Positions 18,665-29,546 of a stretch of DNA of 64,000 nucleotides are shown here, in pieces. The stretch is from a virus: the IMG/VR virus record IMGVR_UViG_3300028197_000003, positions 96,001-160,000 of that record. The stretch is one strand, 5' to 3'. Below the pieces are notes generated by a model. That model made no database searches and had not been told where the DNA came from. It saw nothing but the letters and a program-made list of their open reading frames with translations. Within the stretch, counting starts at the first letter, position 1. Each line of letters starts with the position of its first letter. A program made the position numbers and the translations under genes.

Positions 18665-19434
18665 AACTATCTCATTGGTATGGAAGACTTGGTAACAACA
18701 TTCAACAGTGTGCTGTTGGTTTGATGTGTGCTCAGGCATACAACACCGAGTTTATCCAACCCCTAGAGCACGAGATAATTCCTACCTTCACTGAAAAGTT
18801 TGGTGACACTAGAAGGTCTGGGTTTAGTAAATTTTTTTATTATGATGGACCATTCAGAGAAGTTCCGATCGAAATCGGTAAAATTTATACCGAGATCCGA
18901 TCGTTTTGTAAAACATATATCAGACCGCGTCTTGACCTCCCAAATGTGGAGGTGGATCCTGATTGCCTTGTTATTCATATTCGTAGTGGAGATGTCTTTG
19001 ACCGGGGGGTTGATAATCCTGGTCAATATGTCCCTAATCCTTACTGTTTTTATGGTGCACTACTTGAGAATTTTGAGAAGGCAATTGTCGTCACTGAACC
19101 TGACCGACACAATCCAATTGTTGAAGAACTCAGGTGGAATCCTAAGGTTACGATCCAATCTAAAAGCGTTGCGGAGGATTTTGCTACGCTAATGGCAGCA
19201 AAACATGTTGCTACGTCTGGAGTAGGGACGTTTGGTATTGCTGCAGCACTTTGTAGTGATAAAATTACTAATCTTTATTGCACAGACCTGTGTATTGGTG
19301 AACATCTAAATTATAAAATGCTTTATAATACGGATGTAGTCATCAATATGATGGTCCTGATGGACTATATCAAAACAGGAGAGTGGGCGAACACTAATGA
19401 ACAACGAGAGTTCCTCTTTAGTTACAAGGTATAA
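18661..19434 (+). CDS. GT11-like glycosyltransferase
   Basis: GRLGNNIQQ, IHIRSGD, GTFG. Confidence 0.65.
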   Translation: MKLSHWYGRLGNNIQQCAVGLMCAQAYNTEFIQPLEHEIIPTFTEKFGDTRRSGFSKFFYYDGPFREVPIEIGKIYTEIRSFCKTYIRPRLDLPNVEVDPDCLVIHIRSGDVFDRGVDNPGQYVPNPYCFYGALLENFEKAIVVTEPDRHNPIVEELRWNPKVTIQSKSVAEDFATLMAAKHVATSGVGTFGIAAALCSDKITNLYCTDLCIGEHLNYKMLYNTDVVINMMVLMDYIKTGEWANTNEQREFLFSYKV

Positions 19435-19939
19435 ACTCAAGGTTACTCATCAAAAACTGATTGAGAATCTGTGTCATGAGATGCCCTACTATTTTTTCAA
19501 GGACTGTGCCTACGGCAACGTAGACCATCCCTTGAGAAAAGAAATGAATCCTTACTTCAGTCATACGTTATTGCATGTCAAGGGCACAACGTCTGACTTT
19601 TTTTATAAGTTTCCATGGGATGAGATTGGTAAAGCAATCAACCTACCAGACAAGAAAATGTTCAGGGCACACATGACCCTGCAATATCCTAGACCCACTG
19701 CTGTGGGTGTACCTCACAATCCCCACGTTGATGACGACCGTCCACATGTAGTTGCACTCTATTATCCTAATGATTCTGATGGCGACACATACTTTTTTGA
19801 TTCATCTGGTGAAGTGATACATACAGAAGAACCTAAACGTGGTAAAATAATAGTGTTCAATGGCAGAACACTCCACTCCAGTTCTTCTCCCTCCTCTAAC
19901 GTACGCTTTTCTTTGAACATAAATTATGGCAGTCTATGA
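19397..19939 (+). CDS. 2OG-Fe(II) oxygenase-like protein
   Basis: PHVD...DGDT...HSSS...RFSLN. Confidence 0.7.
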   Translation: MNNESSSLVTRYKLKVTHQKLIENLCHEMPYYFFKDCAYGNVDHPLRKEMNPYFSHTLLHVKGTTSDFFYKFPWDEIGKAINLPDKKMFRAHMTLQYPRPTAVGVPHNPHVDDDRPHVVALYYPNDSDGDTYFFDSSGEVIHTEEPKRGKIIVFNGRTLHSSSSPSSNVRFSLNINYGSL

Positions 19940-20771
19940 TGTGTTCACGTTCTATAATGAACTGGACTTACTTGAACTAAGAATGAATATTCTTGGTAAC
20001 GAAGTAGATTATTTTGTTATCAATGAAGCTAATATTACTTTTACTGGTAAACAAAAACCTATGTACTTCTCCGAGAACCGTAAGCGGTTCAAGAAGTGGG
20101 AAGACAAGATCATTTATCATGAGACGATTGATGACAATCAAACGTTAGAAAATTTCTGGGAGAATGTTCCGTACCACCGGAGCATGATGGAAGATGATAT
20201 CTATAAACTGCCACTGCCATACCAACGTGCATGCTTCCATAAAGACAGTGCAATCTATGCTCTGCTAGGTAAGGTAAAGGATGACGACATCATCCTTACC
20301 AGTGATGCTGATGAAATTGCAAATCCTGAAGCATTGAAATGTATTGATGAATGGTTTGATCCTAGTAATCATTACGTTCTTACTGGTCCTCTTTATTACT
20401 ACTACCTCAACGTCAAGTGTGAAGACCAGTGGATGGGAACCAGAGTGTGTGATTTCAAAACACTGAAGACAATGAGTGTTGACAAACTCCGTCAGTCACA
20501 TCATGAGGCATATAAGATTGCTAACGCTTCATGGCATTGGAGTTTCTTCGGTGATGCAGACACGGTACGGCAGAAGATGGACGCCTATGAGCACCAGGAA
20601 AATAATAAAGAAGAGTTTAGGTCTAGTATGGAGGACAGGATCAAGCATAATTTAGATCCTTATGGTCGTAGTTATCTTTATCAACCTACGGTAGTTGATA
20701 TTGATGATAGTTTCCCTTCATATGTGAGGGCACAGAAGAATCGTAAACTGAAGAAGTTTGTGAAAGTATGA
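19926..20771 (+). CDS. GT17-family (beta-1,4-GlcNAc transferase-like) glycosyltransferase
   Basis: YDVFTFYNELDLLELR, SDADEI, WHWSF. Confidence 0.8.
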   Translation: MAVYDVFTFYNELDLLELRMNILGNEVDYFVINEANITFTGKQKPMYFSENRKRFKKWEDKIIYHETIDDNQTLENFWENVPYHRSMMEDDIYKLPLPYQRACFHKDSAIYALLGKVKDDDIILTSDADEIANPEALKCIDEWFDPSNHYVLTGPLYYYYLNVKCEDQWMGTRVCDFKTLKTMSVDKLRQSHHEAYKIANASWHWSFFGDADTVRQKMDAYEHQENNKEEFRSSMEDRIKHNLDPYGRSYLYQPTVVDIDDSFPSYVRAQKNRKLKKFVKV

Positions 20772-21673
20772 AACTGATTTCGGGACCAGCGGTTGCAGAT
20801 CTTTGTGACTACAGTTTTGGTGATCAAGCAGGCATGGTAGGAGGAGTCTATGGTGCCTTTATGAATGATGCTAATTCATCTAACACTGATTTCTTATGTG
20901 ATAAAGAGGTTATCAAACTATTCATTGATAATATCAGGTTGTATCACAGACCAATCAAGTGTGGTAATAAAAAAGATCAGGTGTGGATCAATGGTCTACA
21001 AAAACGTAATGATCTTATGAAACTCTGTGCTCATTATCCTGAGAAAAAATTTATAATTTTCTGCAACAACGAAGACACTCCTATCAATTCTGATATTGAT
21101 ATCCCCGACAATGTGTTGGGGATTTTTGCTGCAAATGCAGTGGGGTTCAAAGATAAATTATATCCATTTCCTTATGGTGTGGGTAGGAAGTTGAGTGCCA
21201 ATGATGAACGTCAAAGTATTCTCCACGCTGCTATGGAGAAGGATCCTAAACCTAAAAAACTACTCTACATCAATCATGCAGAGCACACTAACATCAGTGC
21301 ACGTGGCAACATCCGTGAAATCTTTAGCAAGTTACATTACGCCACGGTCGGGGAAGCGGTAAACTATCATACCTACGTGAGAGAGATTCAGAATCATAAA
21401 TTTATGATCTGTCCTCAAGGTAATGCAGTTGATTGTCACCGAAACTGGGAGGTTCTCTATCTAAAAAGGGTGCCAATCATGGTGAAAAATGATTACTTGC
21501 AAGAGTTGTATAAAAATTATCCTGTGTTATGGGTAGATGACTTTGGTAAGATCACTAAATCTGTGTTGTCGAATGCTCAAGATCTTTGTGACAAGGCTAG
21601 AAATATTGACACTAATCTGTTAGACTTATACTCGGTGTTCAACAGGGCAGTCAAACGTGCTAAAGATTCCTGA
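20768..21673 (+). CDS. exostosin (GT47)-like protein
   Basis: HKFMICPQGNAVDCHRNWEVLYLKRVPI. Confidence 0.7.
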   Translation: MKLISGPAVADLCDYSFGDQAGMVGGVYGAFMNDANSSNTDFLCDKEVIKLFIDNIRLYHRPIKCGNKKDQVWINGLQKRNDLMKLCAHYPEKKFIIFCNNEDTPINSDIDIPDNVLGIFAANAVGFKDKLYPFPYGVGRKLSANDERQSILHAAMEKDPKPKKLLYINHAEHTNISARGNIREIFSKLHYATVGEAVNYHTYVREIQNHKFMICPQGNAVDCHRNWEVLYLKRVPIMVKNDYLQELYKNYPVLWVDDFGKITKSVLSNAQDLCDKARNIDTNLLDLYSVFNRAVKRAKDS

Positions 21674-22328
21674 AGTTACACTGCTGATGCTAGCAGATGT
21701 TGACATACCAGAAGCAGTCTATGCGGTAAATAAATCATGTGAATCTATTGAATGGGGCGCTGTCAAATTTCTTGGCAGTAAAGGAAGACCAGAAGGTCTC
21801 TGTGATCAAGCACAGTATGAGAAAACTTATCCAATTCAAAGTATCAATGATTTCAATTTTTATTGCATATATAATTTTCTCAATCATATTCAGTCCTCGC
21901 ATTGCCTCCTTATTCATCCTGACGGTTTTGTTATTCGACCTTGGTTATGGGATAATTCGTGGTTACAATACGACTACATCGGTGCCCCGTGGAGAGACGA
22001 TCCAACCGCCTACCTCGACCCCTGGGGTAAGAACCAGCGGGTTGGGAATGGGGGATTTTCCTTACGTTCCAGAAAGTTATTACAAGTTCCCTCGCGTGTG
22101 ACTGTGCCTTGGGAAGTCAATGAAGGAGACTTTTATAAGCATATGAATGCTGGACTATATAACGAGGACGGAAACATATGTATCCACAATCGGCACCTTT
22201 TTGAGGAACAAGGATGCGTCTTTGCTCCAGTGGAAGTTGCCGCTAGGTTCTCTAAAGAGGTAGAGTGCCCAGAACACAAAGGTGTCGAGACCTTTGGTTT
22301 TCATTATCATTTTCAAGACATCCGATGA
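21657..22328 (+). CDS. DUF5672-like glycosyltransferase-associated protein
   Basis: HPDGFV, YDYIGAPW, VGNGGFSLRS, ED, FGFH. Confidence 0.75.
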   Translation: MLKIPEVTLLMLADVDIPEAVYAVNKSCESIEWGAVKFLGSKGRPEGLCDQAQYEKTYPIQSINDFNFYCIYNFLNHIQSSHCLLIHPDGFVIRPWLWDNSWLQYDYIGAPWRDDPTAYLDPWGKNQRVGNGGFSLRSRKLLQVPSRVTVPWEVNEGDFYKHMNAGLYNEDGNICIHNRHLFEEQGCVFAPVEVAARFSKEVECPEHKGVETFGFHYHFQDIR

Positions 22329-23116
22329 CAGTCAAATATTATCCTCTGTGGTGGAACCCTTGGCAAGACAAGCATCTTGATCTTGGCGATAAGTCTGTCA
22401 GCATTTCTATTGATAACCTTGATTATGATCCGCAAGCAGATGTAAAAATTCTGTTCTTAGCGGAACCATATTCAATCCTTCCTACGGTAACTGAGGGAGC
22501 ACTTCGTGGTGCTTATCATTTTGATAAGATCTATACGTTCACTCAAAAAATTATCGACACACACCCTCAAGCAGAATTGTTTGAGTGGGGATCTAGTTGG
22601 TTGAATTTTTCTGATCTTATTATTGATAAGGGTAACAACGTTACCTTTGTTACGAGTAATAAGAATCAAACTGTTGGACACAACATGCGTCTTGACATCT
22701 TTGAGATGCTCAAGAAGGTAGATGTATCTAATGGACTACAATACTATGCACATATGTCACCTCCTTTCCATCAACGGAGGAATGATTTCTTTGAGAACGC
22801 TAAGTTTCATATTACAGTAGAGAACTCTCGCCAACAGAATTACTTTACTGAAAAGGTTATTGATTGCTTTGCGTCAAAAACTGTACCCATTTACTATGGT
22901 TGTCCTAACCTTAGTGATTGGTTCAATATGGATGGTGTGATTGTATTTCATGATATGGAAGAGCTTGAACTTATCCTAAGACATCTGGATACTGAAATGT
23001 ATGATTGGAGAAAACCTGCAATCGATCAGAACTATGAAATTGCTAAGCGTTTCCATAGTGAAAACGATGTAGTGCCTAGACTTACAAATAAAATCAAGGA
23101 GTTTGTAGGGAAATGA
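22325..23116 (+). CDS. GT10 (fucosyltransferase)-like protein
   Basis: FHITVENS, YFTEKVIDCF, PIYYG. Confidence 0.7.
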   Translation: MTVKYYPLWWNPWQDKHLDLGDKSVSISIDNLDYDPQADVKILFLAEPYSILPTVTEGALRGAYHFDKIYTFTQKIIDTHPQAELFEWGSSWLNFSDLIIDKGNNVTFVTSNKNQTVGHNMRLDIFEMLKKVDVSNGLQYYAHMSPPFHQRRNDFFENAKFHITVENSRQQNYFTEKVIDCFASKTVPIYYGCPNLSDWFNMDGVIVFHDMEELELILRHLDTEMYDWRKPAIDQNYEIAKRFHSENDVVPRLTNKIKEFVGK

Positions 23117-23796
23117 GAGTAAGTTTTTGCATTCCTACGCATGATAAGAACCCTAGGTGCCAACAGTATCTGTTTGACATCTTTCATAGTCTGTCATTGC
23201 AGAAGGATATGAACTTCAATGTTTGGGTGTCTGATCATGGCACATCAAACAAAGTTCAAAGAGCATGTCAAGAGTATGATGATCTGTTCGAGATCAATTA
23301 TGTTCAGAACACAGAAAAGATAGGTAACATTTCTGCTAATACCAATAACGCTATGCGTTTAGCAGATGGTGACATCTTGAAAATTATCTTCAGTGATGAT
23401 ATGATTCTAACTAAGAATCTAAGTTCTGAACTTGACGCTACCTTTACTGAAGGAGTGGAGTGGGCAGTGACTGGATTTGCTCATACCTTAGATGATGGTA
23501 AGACTCACTACAACCCTAAGATTCCTGTCTATAACAATCGTTTGCTAGAGGGTGTCAACACTCTCAGTTCTCCATCTATTCTTGCTCTCCGTAATGGGTG
23601 TGAGGAATACTTTGATGAAGAACTTACTATGCTGATGGACTGTGACATGTACTATAGGTTGTATGAGAACTATGGGGAACCAAAAGTTCTTAGTCACTAC
23701 CACATCTCTAATAGAGAACACCCCCATCAAACACAACGTAAGTATGAGAACCTTATGCCTCAGGAGATTGAATATTTGAAGGAGAAGCATAAATGA
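23113..23796 (+). CDS. GT2-family glycosyltransferase
   Basis: VSFCIPT, VSD, NTNNAMRLADGD, FSDD, MDCD. Confidence 0.8.
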   Translation: MRVSFCIPTHDKNPRCQQYLFDIFHSLSLQKDMNFNVWVSDHGTSNKVQRACQEYDDLFEINYVQNTEKIGNISANTNNAMRLADGDILKIIFSDDMILTKNLSSELDATFTEGVEWAVTGFAHTLDDGKTHYNPKIPVYNNRLLEGVNTLSSPSILALRNGCEEYFDEELTMLMDCDMYYRLYENYGEPKVLSHYHISNREHPHQTQRKYENLMPQEIEYLKEKHK

Positions 23797-24581
23797 TTGG
23801 ATTCAATCACCTGGGTCGTCATGGTCGTCTGGGTAATCAGATGTTTCAGTATGCAGGACTACGTGGCATTGCTGCTAAGCATGGGTATGACTTCTGTATT
23901 CCTCCTAGCGATTTTCAAGACCAATGGACTGACCATCAATTGTTTGAGTGCTTCAAACTTACTGGACTAACGAATATTGCAGTGTGTCCTGGACCTTACG
24001 TACAGGAAGAACATTTTCACTTTGATAAGAACCTGTTTGACAACATGCCTGATGGGCATAATGTCTACGGGTATCTACAAAGCGAAAAATGGTTCAAACA
24101 TATTGAATCTGAAATCCGTGAGGACTTTGAATTCAAAAACAATATCAAAGAACCATGCCAAGAAATGATTGGTTCGGTTGACCGACCAATTGCTCTGCAT
24201 GTTCGGAGGGGTGACTACATAACTAACTGCGACAACCACCCTCCATGCACCAAGGATTATTATGAACGTGCCCTTTCGCACTTTGATTCTGACAGGACTG
24301 TCGTTGTTTTTTCTGATGATCCTGCTTGGTGTAACGAACAATTTGTAGATGATCGTTTTTTGATCTCTGAGGGTGGCGACAATGTTGCCGACCTCTGTAT
24401 GATGAGTCTATGTCACGACTTTATCATTGCTAACTCATCATTCTCATGGTGGGGGTCTTGGTTGAGTGCAAACTCAGACAAGACAATCATCGCCCCTAAC
24501 CGTTGGTTCGGTGACGGGTATACTAAAGACCACGACACCTCTGACCTTTACTGCCCTAACTGGAAATCTATCAATGTCTGA
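23793..24581 (+). CDS. GT11 alpha-1,2-fucosyltransferase-like protein
   Basis: GRLGNQMFQYA, GYLQSEKWF, HVRRGDY, FSDD, ANSSFSWWG. Confidence 0.88.
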   Translation: MIGFNHLGRHGRLGNQMFQYAGLRGIAAKHGYDFCIPPSDFQDQWTDHQLFECFKLTGLTNIAVCPGPYVQEEHFHFDKNLFDNMPDGHNVYGYLQSEKWFKHIESEIREDFEFKNNIKEPCQEMIGSVDRPIALHVRRGDYITNCDNHPPCTKDYYERALSHFDSDRTVVVFSDDPAWCNEQFVDDRFLISEGGDNVADLCMMSLCHDFIIANSSFSWWGSWLSANSDKTIIAPNRWFGDGYTKDHDTSDLYCPNWKSINV

Positions 24582-25536
24582 AACAATCCACCAAGAAGGT
24601 GTTGAAATTCAAGATCTTGGAATATACGAAGATCTTCAGATCCAACCGGTAAACTCCTGGGACCTGACTAAAACAACCTTCATCATTCCTTTGCGAATTG
24701 AAAGTGTTGATCGGATGCGTAACATCACGACAACACTAGTGTATCTTCTGCGTAATTTTGATACTCAGATCATTATCAAGGAACATGATGTTGAATCTAT
24801 TTTCTTGAAGAGTGTGGTGCCAATGCTTGATGAAGCATTGCCTCCTGAGAAGATGGAGAAGATTCATCATATCTTTGAGGAGAGTAATGATAAAGTCTTC
24901 CATAGGACTCGTTTGATCAACGACATGCTGATGTTGGTTGAGACCCCTGTGGTCTGCAACTATGACTGTGATGTCTTGCTGCCGATGAACAACTACATCT
25001 TGGCGCAGAATGCCATTCTAACCGGTTGGGTTCCCCCAAATGATCCTGAGGCAACTCCTGAACCTGTGAAGTGTGTCTATCCTTATGGGTGTGGAGACTA
25101 TCAGTACCAGTTACGAGTTACTGATGAGGACTGTACTCGGTTCATCAACAGCAACTTCAACTTCAATGCATTTGAGAAAAATGCAACTTTGTATGATGCC
25201 AAGTTTGGTTTCGTACAGTTCTTTGACACTAAAGAATACCTTCGATTGGGTGCAGAAAACGAAGGGTTTGTTGCTTATGGATATGAAGATGACGAACGTT
25301 ACAGTCGCTTCAATCTTTGTTCACAAGTGCTGCGTCTAAATGATTTGATCTATCATATGGAGCACCGTCGTACTCCTAACTCTTGGTTCAACAACCCTCA
25401 CATCGAAGAGAACCGTGCGTTGTGGGAAAAACTTGGCAACATGAGTAGGGACGCTATTGAAGAATATTATAAGGATCCCCTATACATGGTGTATCGTGGT
25501 GTCCGCAATGGCAAACGCCCTGGCACGGATGACTGA
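24574..25536 (+). CDS. GT7-C (galactosyltransferase C-terminal-like) glycosyltransferase
   Basis: FHRTRLIN, YDCD, GAENEGFVAYGYEDDE, YHMEH. Confidence 0.75.
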   Translation: MSETIHQEGVEIQDLGIYEDLQIQPVNSWDLTKTTFIIPLRIESVDRMRNITTTLVYLLRNFDTQIIIKEHDVESIFLKSVVPMLDEALPPEKMEKIHHIFEESNDKVFHRTRLINDMLMLVETPVVCNYDCDVLLPMNNYILAQNAILTGWVPPNDPEATPEPVKCVYPYGCGDYQYQLRVTDEDCTRFINSNFNFNAFEKNATLYDAKFGFVQFFDTKEYLRLGAENEGFVAYGYEDDERYSRFNLCSQVLRLNDLIYHMEHRRTPNSWFNNPHIEENRALWEKLGNMSRDAIEEYYKDPLYMVYRGVRNGKRPGTDD

Positions 25537-26329
25537 TAGGAATAAGTCTATCGACAAACTGAAGGGGTTCCCTAAAGTTCTTTGGATCAATCTAGACCGT
25601 GTGACCCAGAGACGGGAATACATGGAAGATCAATTGAACTACTGGGGACTCACTGATAACCACCGCATCAGTGGTATTGATGGTGATGAGTATGAGGACA
25701 ACCTGAAAGGTTCTGTACCTCATAATATGAACAAAGGTGAGATTGCATGTGTAATGTCTCACCTCAATGCTCTACGTTATTTTGTCGAAGAGACTGACCT
25801 AGATGAAATCTTCATCATGGAGGACGACATCGATCTCTCCACTGTCAAGCATTGGACTTTCACTTGGAAGGATGTTAGGAAGCGACTGCCCATCAACTGG
25901 GACTGCCTGCAACTAACCATCATCAATCCCAATGGGATTACTCTCAAGTTACATCAAAGGTTCATCAATGATTTCTCTGCTGCTGGTTACTTGATCAGCA
26001 GGCACCATGCAACCAAGGTCCTCCGGTGTCACCTCCGTGGCAACCAGTGGAAACTGGATCAGAACATCAGACCTCGTGCAGTTTCAGAGGATTTGATTCT
26101 TGACAGTGGTAAATCTTATTCTACTCCTTTGTTCAACTACAGATTAGACATGGGTTCTGCTATTCATGAAGAACACATTGACATCTTTCATAAGGGTAGT
26201 AATGAGGCATTAGCAGAGTTCTGGGAGAGAGATGCTAGAGAGCATACTGTCGATCAGATTATGGAACTAGATGAATATTGTGGTAGAATACCACCATCAG
26301 TGTATATGGAACACGCACAAAAGCAATGA
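25529..26329 (+). CDS. GT25 (LPS-biosynthesis-like) glycosyltransferase
   Basis: INLDRVTQRR, GEIACVMSH, IMEDD, SAAGYLIS. Confidence 0.85.
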   Translation: MTDRNKSIDKLKGFPKVLWINLDRVTQRREYMEDQLNYWGLTDNHRISGIDGDEYEDNLKGSVPHNMNKGEIACVMSHLNALRYFVEETDLDEIFIMEDDIDLSTVKHWTFTWKDVRKRLPINWDCLQLTIINPNGITLKLHQRFINDFSAAGYLISRHHATKVLRCHLRGNQWKLDQNIRPRAVSEDLILDSGKSYSTPLFNYRLDMGSAIHEEHIDIFHKGSNEALAEFWERDAREHTVDQIMELDEYCGRIPPSVYMEHAQKQ

Positions 26330-27072
26330 CAGACGAGATCCTGACGCAACCTGACTTTACTGAACCCTTTTTCTATGACCACATAGGTGTCTTTGAGAAC
26401 TTTGTGCGTTGGGAATTCTGTGATTCTTTACGTGAGGTTTTTGAATACTGGTACAACAAAAAGCATTTCGTAGGAGAATCCTCCGAACATTCAGTCACAA
26501 AAATTGGAGAAAATGATTTTACCATTGACCACTTCAATGATGGGGAGTCTCAATTTCCTAAAGGTGGCATGGGTCGTAAGGACCATCAACTTTACCTTGA
26601 AGTTTGTGACACGACGATGACCGCTCAGGTCAATCAAGCAATCGGTCAAGCATTTGAGATGTATGTACAGAAGTACAAAGGTCTTGTTGATTCTGCTGAT
26701 CCCATTTCTTCATGGACTTGTAAACTTCAACGTACAGATCCTGGCGGTGGATATCATGTATGGCATTGTGAGAATGGTAACTTCCTCTACCGTGACCGTG
26801 TGCTGACGTGGATGATTTATCTGAATGATATCCCTCCTGAGAATGGTGGCGGCACTGACTTCTATCACCAGGAGAAAACGTTCCATCCTAAGAAGGGAAC
26901 TATTGTTCTCTGGCCTGCTACTTACACCCACATGCACAGAGGTGGATTCCTTACAGGGGATGAATCTAAGTACATTGCTACTGGATGGTTCTTACGTGAA
27001 CCTGGTAACGTTACGAACCGTACAGTAAGCGAAGCAATGGGTAAATCAAAACCTGTGGACAACCTAAATTGA
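26326..27072 (+). CDS. 2OG-Fe(II) oxygenase
   Basis: YHVWHCE, YLND, GGGT, HRG, KYIATGW. Confidence 0.85.
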   Translation: MTDEILTQPDFTEPFFYDHIGVFENFVRWEFCDSLREVFEYWYNKKHFVGESSEHSVTKIGENDFTIDHFNDGESQFPKGGMGRKDHQLYLEVCDTTMTAQVNQAIGQAFEMYVQKYKGLVDSADPISSWTCKLQRTDPGGGYHVWHCENGNFLYRDRVLTWMIYLNDIPPENGGGTDFYHQEKTFHPKKGTIVLWPATYTHMHRGGFLTGDESKYIATGWFLREPGNVTNRTVSEAMGKSKPVDNLN

Positions 27073-29546
27073 TTTTTTATACGTGCATAACCAACGGATA
27101 CGACTCCATTCCTGACGCATATGTTGAGGAAGGTTGTCGGTATGTTTTGTTTCATGATGGAAGCATTCCTACAACCAAAGGACCGTGGGAGTACGTACAT
27201 CTTGATGATCTAAATGTAAAACTTCCCGACTGTCCTGTTAGGAAGTCATATGTTATCAAGCATGAACCGCATATATACTTCACACAGTCTTCTGATCTGA
27301 CTGTGTGGGTAGACGCAGCATATAATATAACCCTAGATCTGGTTGAATATAGTAGGAAAGTCTTTCGGCATCCTCATAGTTTTGTTGTACTACAAGAGCA
27401 CCCTGACCCCCGCAGTTTGCTTGAAGAGTTCAATAAGTTGTATGCCGAAGGATTTTCTGACAGTGTAGAAATTACCAAGATGTCTGAATGGATGCTTGGT
27501 GGTTATGATCCTTACCCTAAAAAGGATTACAAACAAACAATCAACTGCGTTGTCTGGAGACGTAACTTCCAAGAGAATAGGGAGTGGAACAGAGCGTGGG
27601 CACGGTGGTATAAGAGAGGTGTCAACCGTGATCAAATTGCTAGTGCACTTGCTGAGCATGAGACAGGACTGACAGCACTGCGTGTACCGATGCAGGTCAG
27701 TCTTGACAACACTAATAGGGTCAAGAAGTACGAAGAATCTTATAATATTGATCGACCAACCAACAAACAGATCACTGACTTTCAAAATAAATTAGTAAAA
27801 ATTTGGGACAGTGATATTAGTTCGATGTTGATGATGGCAGCAGTGCCCACTTTACCTCATGAATTTGGAGAAAGAATCAAACATATTCAATTGAATGTTT
27901 ATACATGTATTACTAATGATTATGATATCCCTCAGAATTTTTACTTTGATCCAAATGTAAACTATTGGATTTTCCATGATGGGAAGTTATCTGTTCCTGA
28001 TAGTCAAAAGATGTCAGGTTCTTGGAAGTATATTGATGTTTCTAATCTTGGGATTGATAATCCAAGAGAGTTGGCGTTCTATGTCAAAGCAAATGCTCAC
28101 GAGTTTTTTCCTCCTAACTCATATACAGTATGGGTTGATGGATGCTTTGATCATTCTTATGATTTTATTGAAAGATCTCTTGGATGTTTTCCTTTCTCGG
28201 TCCTGCGTCATGGAGGAGAGTTCTCATACTACGATGAGTTGTTGGAAGGATTTACTTGTGCTTTCTATAAGTACAACACAGCAGTCAACTACACCCTGTA
28301 TCTGGCATCGGCGGGATATGACTTTCTAAAATATTCTAGTCCACAGTGCTCTGTTGTCTGGAGACAGTTGACTCCGGAGGTAATTGAGTTCAATAAGAAA
28401 TGGTATGAGGAGGGGTATCTAAATCGAGATACGATTCCTTTTGATGCTGCTATACAGTTTACAGGAGTAACTCCCCGGTTCTATGATAACCGGGATGACT
28501 GTGGTATAAAATTTGGGTTCAACAATAAGAGAGGTAGACTCAAAAAACATGAGCAACTGGGTGATCTAGATCAATATAAAAAGGTAGATCAGTTCCTTAT
28601 GGAAGTTGATCGAGCGACTGGATATGAAGCAAAGTTGTTTTGTAAGTATAAACTCCATGAGTTTTACATGAAATACTATGGTATTGGTGGCAATTTAGGA
28701 CTGTCATTCAATACTTATCCTTATCAAGAAGGTGTCCGTGTTGATAAAAAATTAGTTGTCATCTATACATGCATTACTAATGGGCATGATGTGATACCAG
28801 ATAAGAATTACTATGATCCTGAAATAAGATACGTATGTTTTCATGATGGCACTATTGATACTACCAAGGGTCCATGGGAGTACATCAAATTAGATCTTGA
28901 TATTGAGTGTCCACGAGACTTAGCGTTCTATCCAAAGTGTAACCCCCATGAGTTTTTTGAGAAAGGAACTTACACTGTATGGGTAGACGGTTGCTTTGTG
29001 CATACCCGAGAGTTTGTAGAGAAGAGTTTGTATTCTTTTCCCTTCACCACACTTAGGAACATCAGCAAGTTCTCATACTATGATGAGTTGTTGGAGGGGT
29101 TTACTTGTGCCTTCTTCTCATACGAGGGGGGAATAGAGATTACTAAAGAACTAAGCACCACAAACTATAAGTTCAATAAGTATTCGAGTCCTCAGTGCTC
29201 AATTATATGGAGATATTTGTACGATGAGACTATAGAATTCAATGAGCAGTGGTATACTTGGAGTAAGAAAGGTATCAATAGGGATAGTATTCCCTTTGAT
29301 GCTGCTGTTCAATTGACTGGTACCAAACCTTTGTATTATGAGAACAGGACTGACTCTGGTATCAAGATGGGGTTCCAGCACAAGGTTGGTAGAGTCAAGA
29401 AGCATCCTCAGTATGGAGACAAAGATCAATATACTAAAGTGGATCAGTTTATCAAAGACCTTGAAAAATGGACTAAACTAAAACCACTTTTGTATATCAA
29501 GTACAAGTTTCATGAGTTCTATATGAAACACTATGACATCATATGA
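27069..29546 (+). CDS. DUF616/TOD1-MUCI70-like glycosyltransferase with three tandem domains
   Basis: Three repeats of YTCITN(G/D)..D, each with WVD and NRD/RDQ motifs. Confidence 0.75.
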   Translation: MIFYTCITNGYDSIPDAYVEEGCRYVLFHDGSIPTTKGPWEYVHLDDLNVKLPDCPVRKSYVIKHEPHIYFTQSSDLTVWVDAAYNITLDLVEYSRKVFRHPHSFVVLQEHPDPRSLLEEFNKLYAEGFSDSVEITKMSEWMLGGYDPYPKKDYKQTINCVVWRRNFQENREWNRAWARWYKRGVNRDQIASALAEHETGLTALRVPMQVSLDNTNRVKKYEESYNIDRPTNKQITDFQNKLVKIWDSDISSMLMMAAVPTLPHEFGERIKHIQLNVYTCITNDYDIPQNFYFDPNVNYWIFHDGKLSVPDSQKMSGSWKYIDVSNLGIDNPRELAFYVKANAHEFFPPNSYTVWVDGCFDHSYDFIERSLGCFPFSVLRHGGEFSYYDELLEGFTCAFYKYNTAVNYTLYLASAGYDFLKYSSPQCSVVWRQLTPEVIEFNKKWYEEGYLNRDTIPFDAAIQFTGVTPRFYDNRDDCGIKFGFNNKRGRLKKHEQLGDLDQYKKVDQFLMEVDRATGYEAKLFCKYKLHEFYMKYYGIGGNLGLSFNTYPYQEGVRVDKKLVVIYTCITNGHDVIPDKNYYDPEIRYVCFHDGTIDTTKGPWEYIKLDLDIECPRDLAFYPKCNPHEFFEKGTYTVWVDGCFVHTREFVEKSLYSFPFTTLRNISKFSYYDELLEGFTCAFFSYEGGIEITKELSTTNYKFNKYSSPQCSIIWRYLYDETIEFNEQWYTWSKKGINRDSIPFDAAVQLTGTKPLYYENRTDSGIKMGFQHKVGRVKKHPQYGDKDQYTKVDQFIKDLEKWTKLKPLLYIKYKFHEFYMKHYDII

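Noticed and set aside
4310-25528. Long N-terminal extensions in the ORF track (nrdB from 4310, SGNH from 5923, GT7 from 24466, GT25 from 25457)
   Set aside because: Downstream starts that overlap the previous stop codon fit the coupled-operon pattern better.
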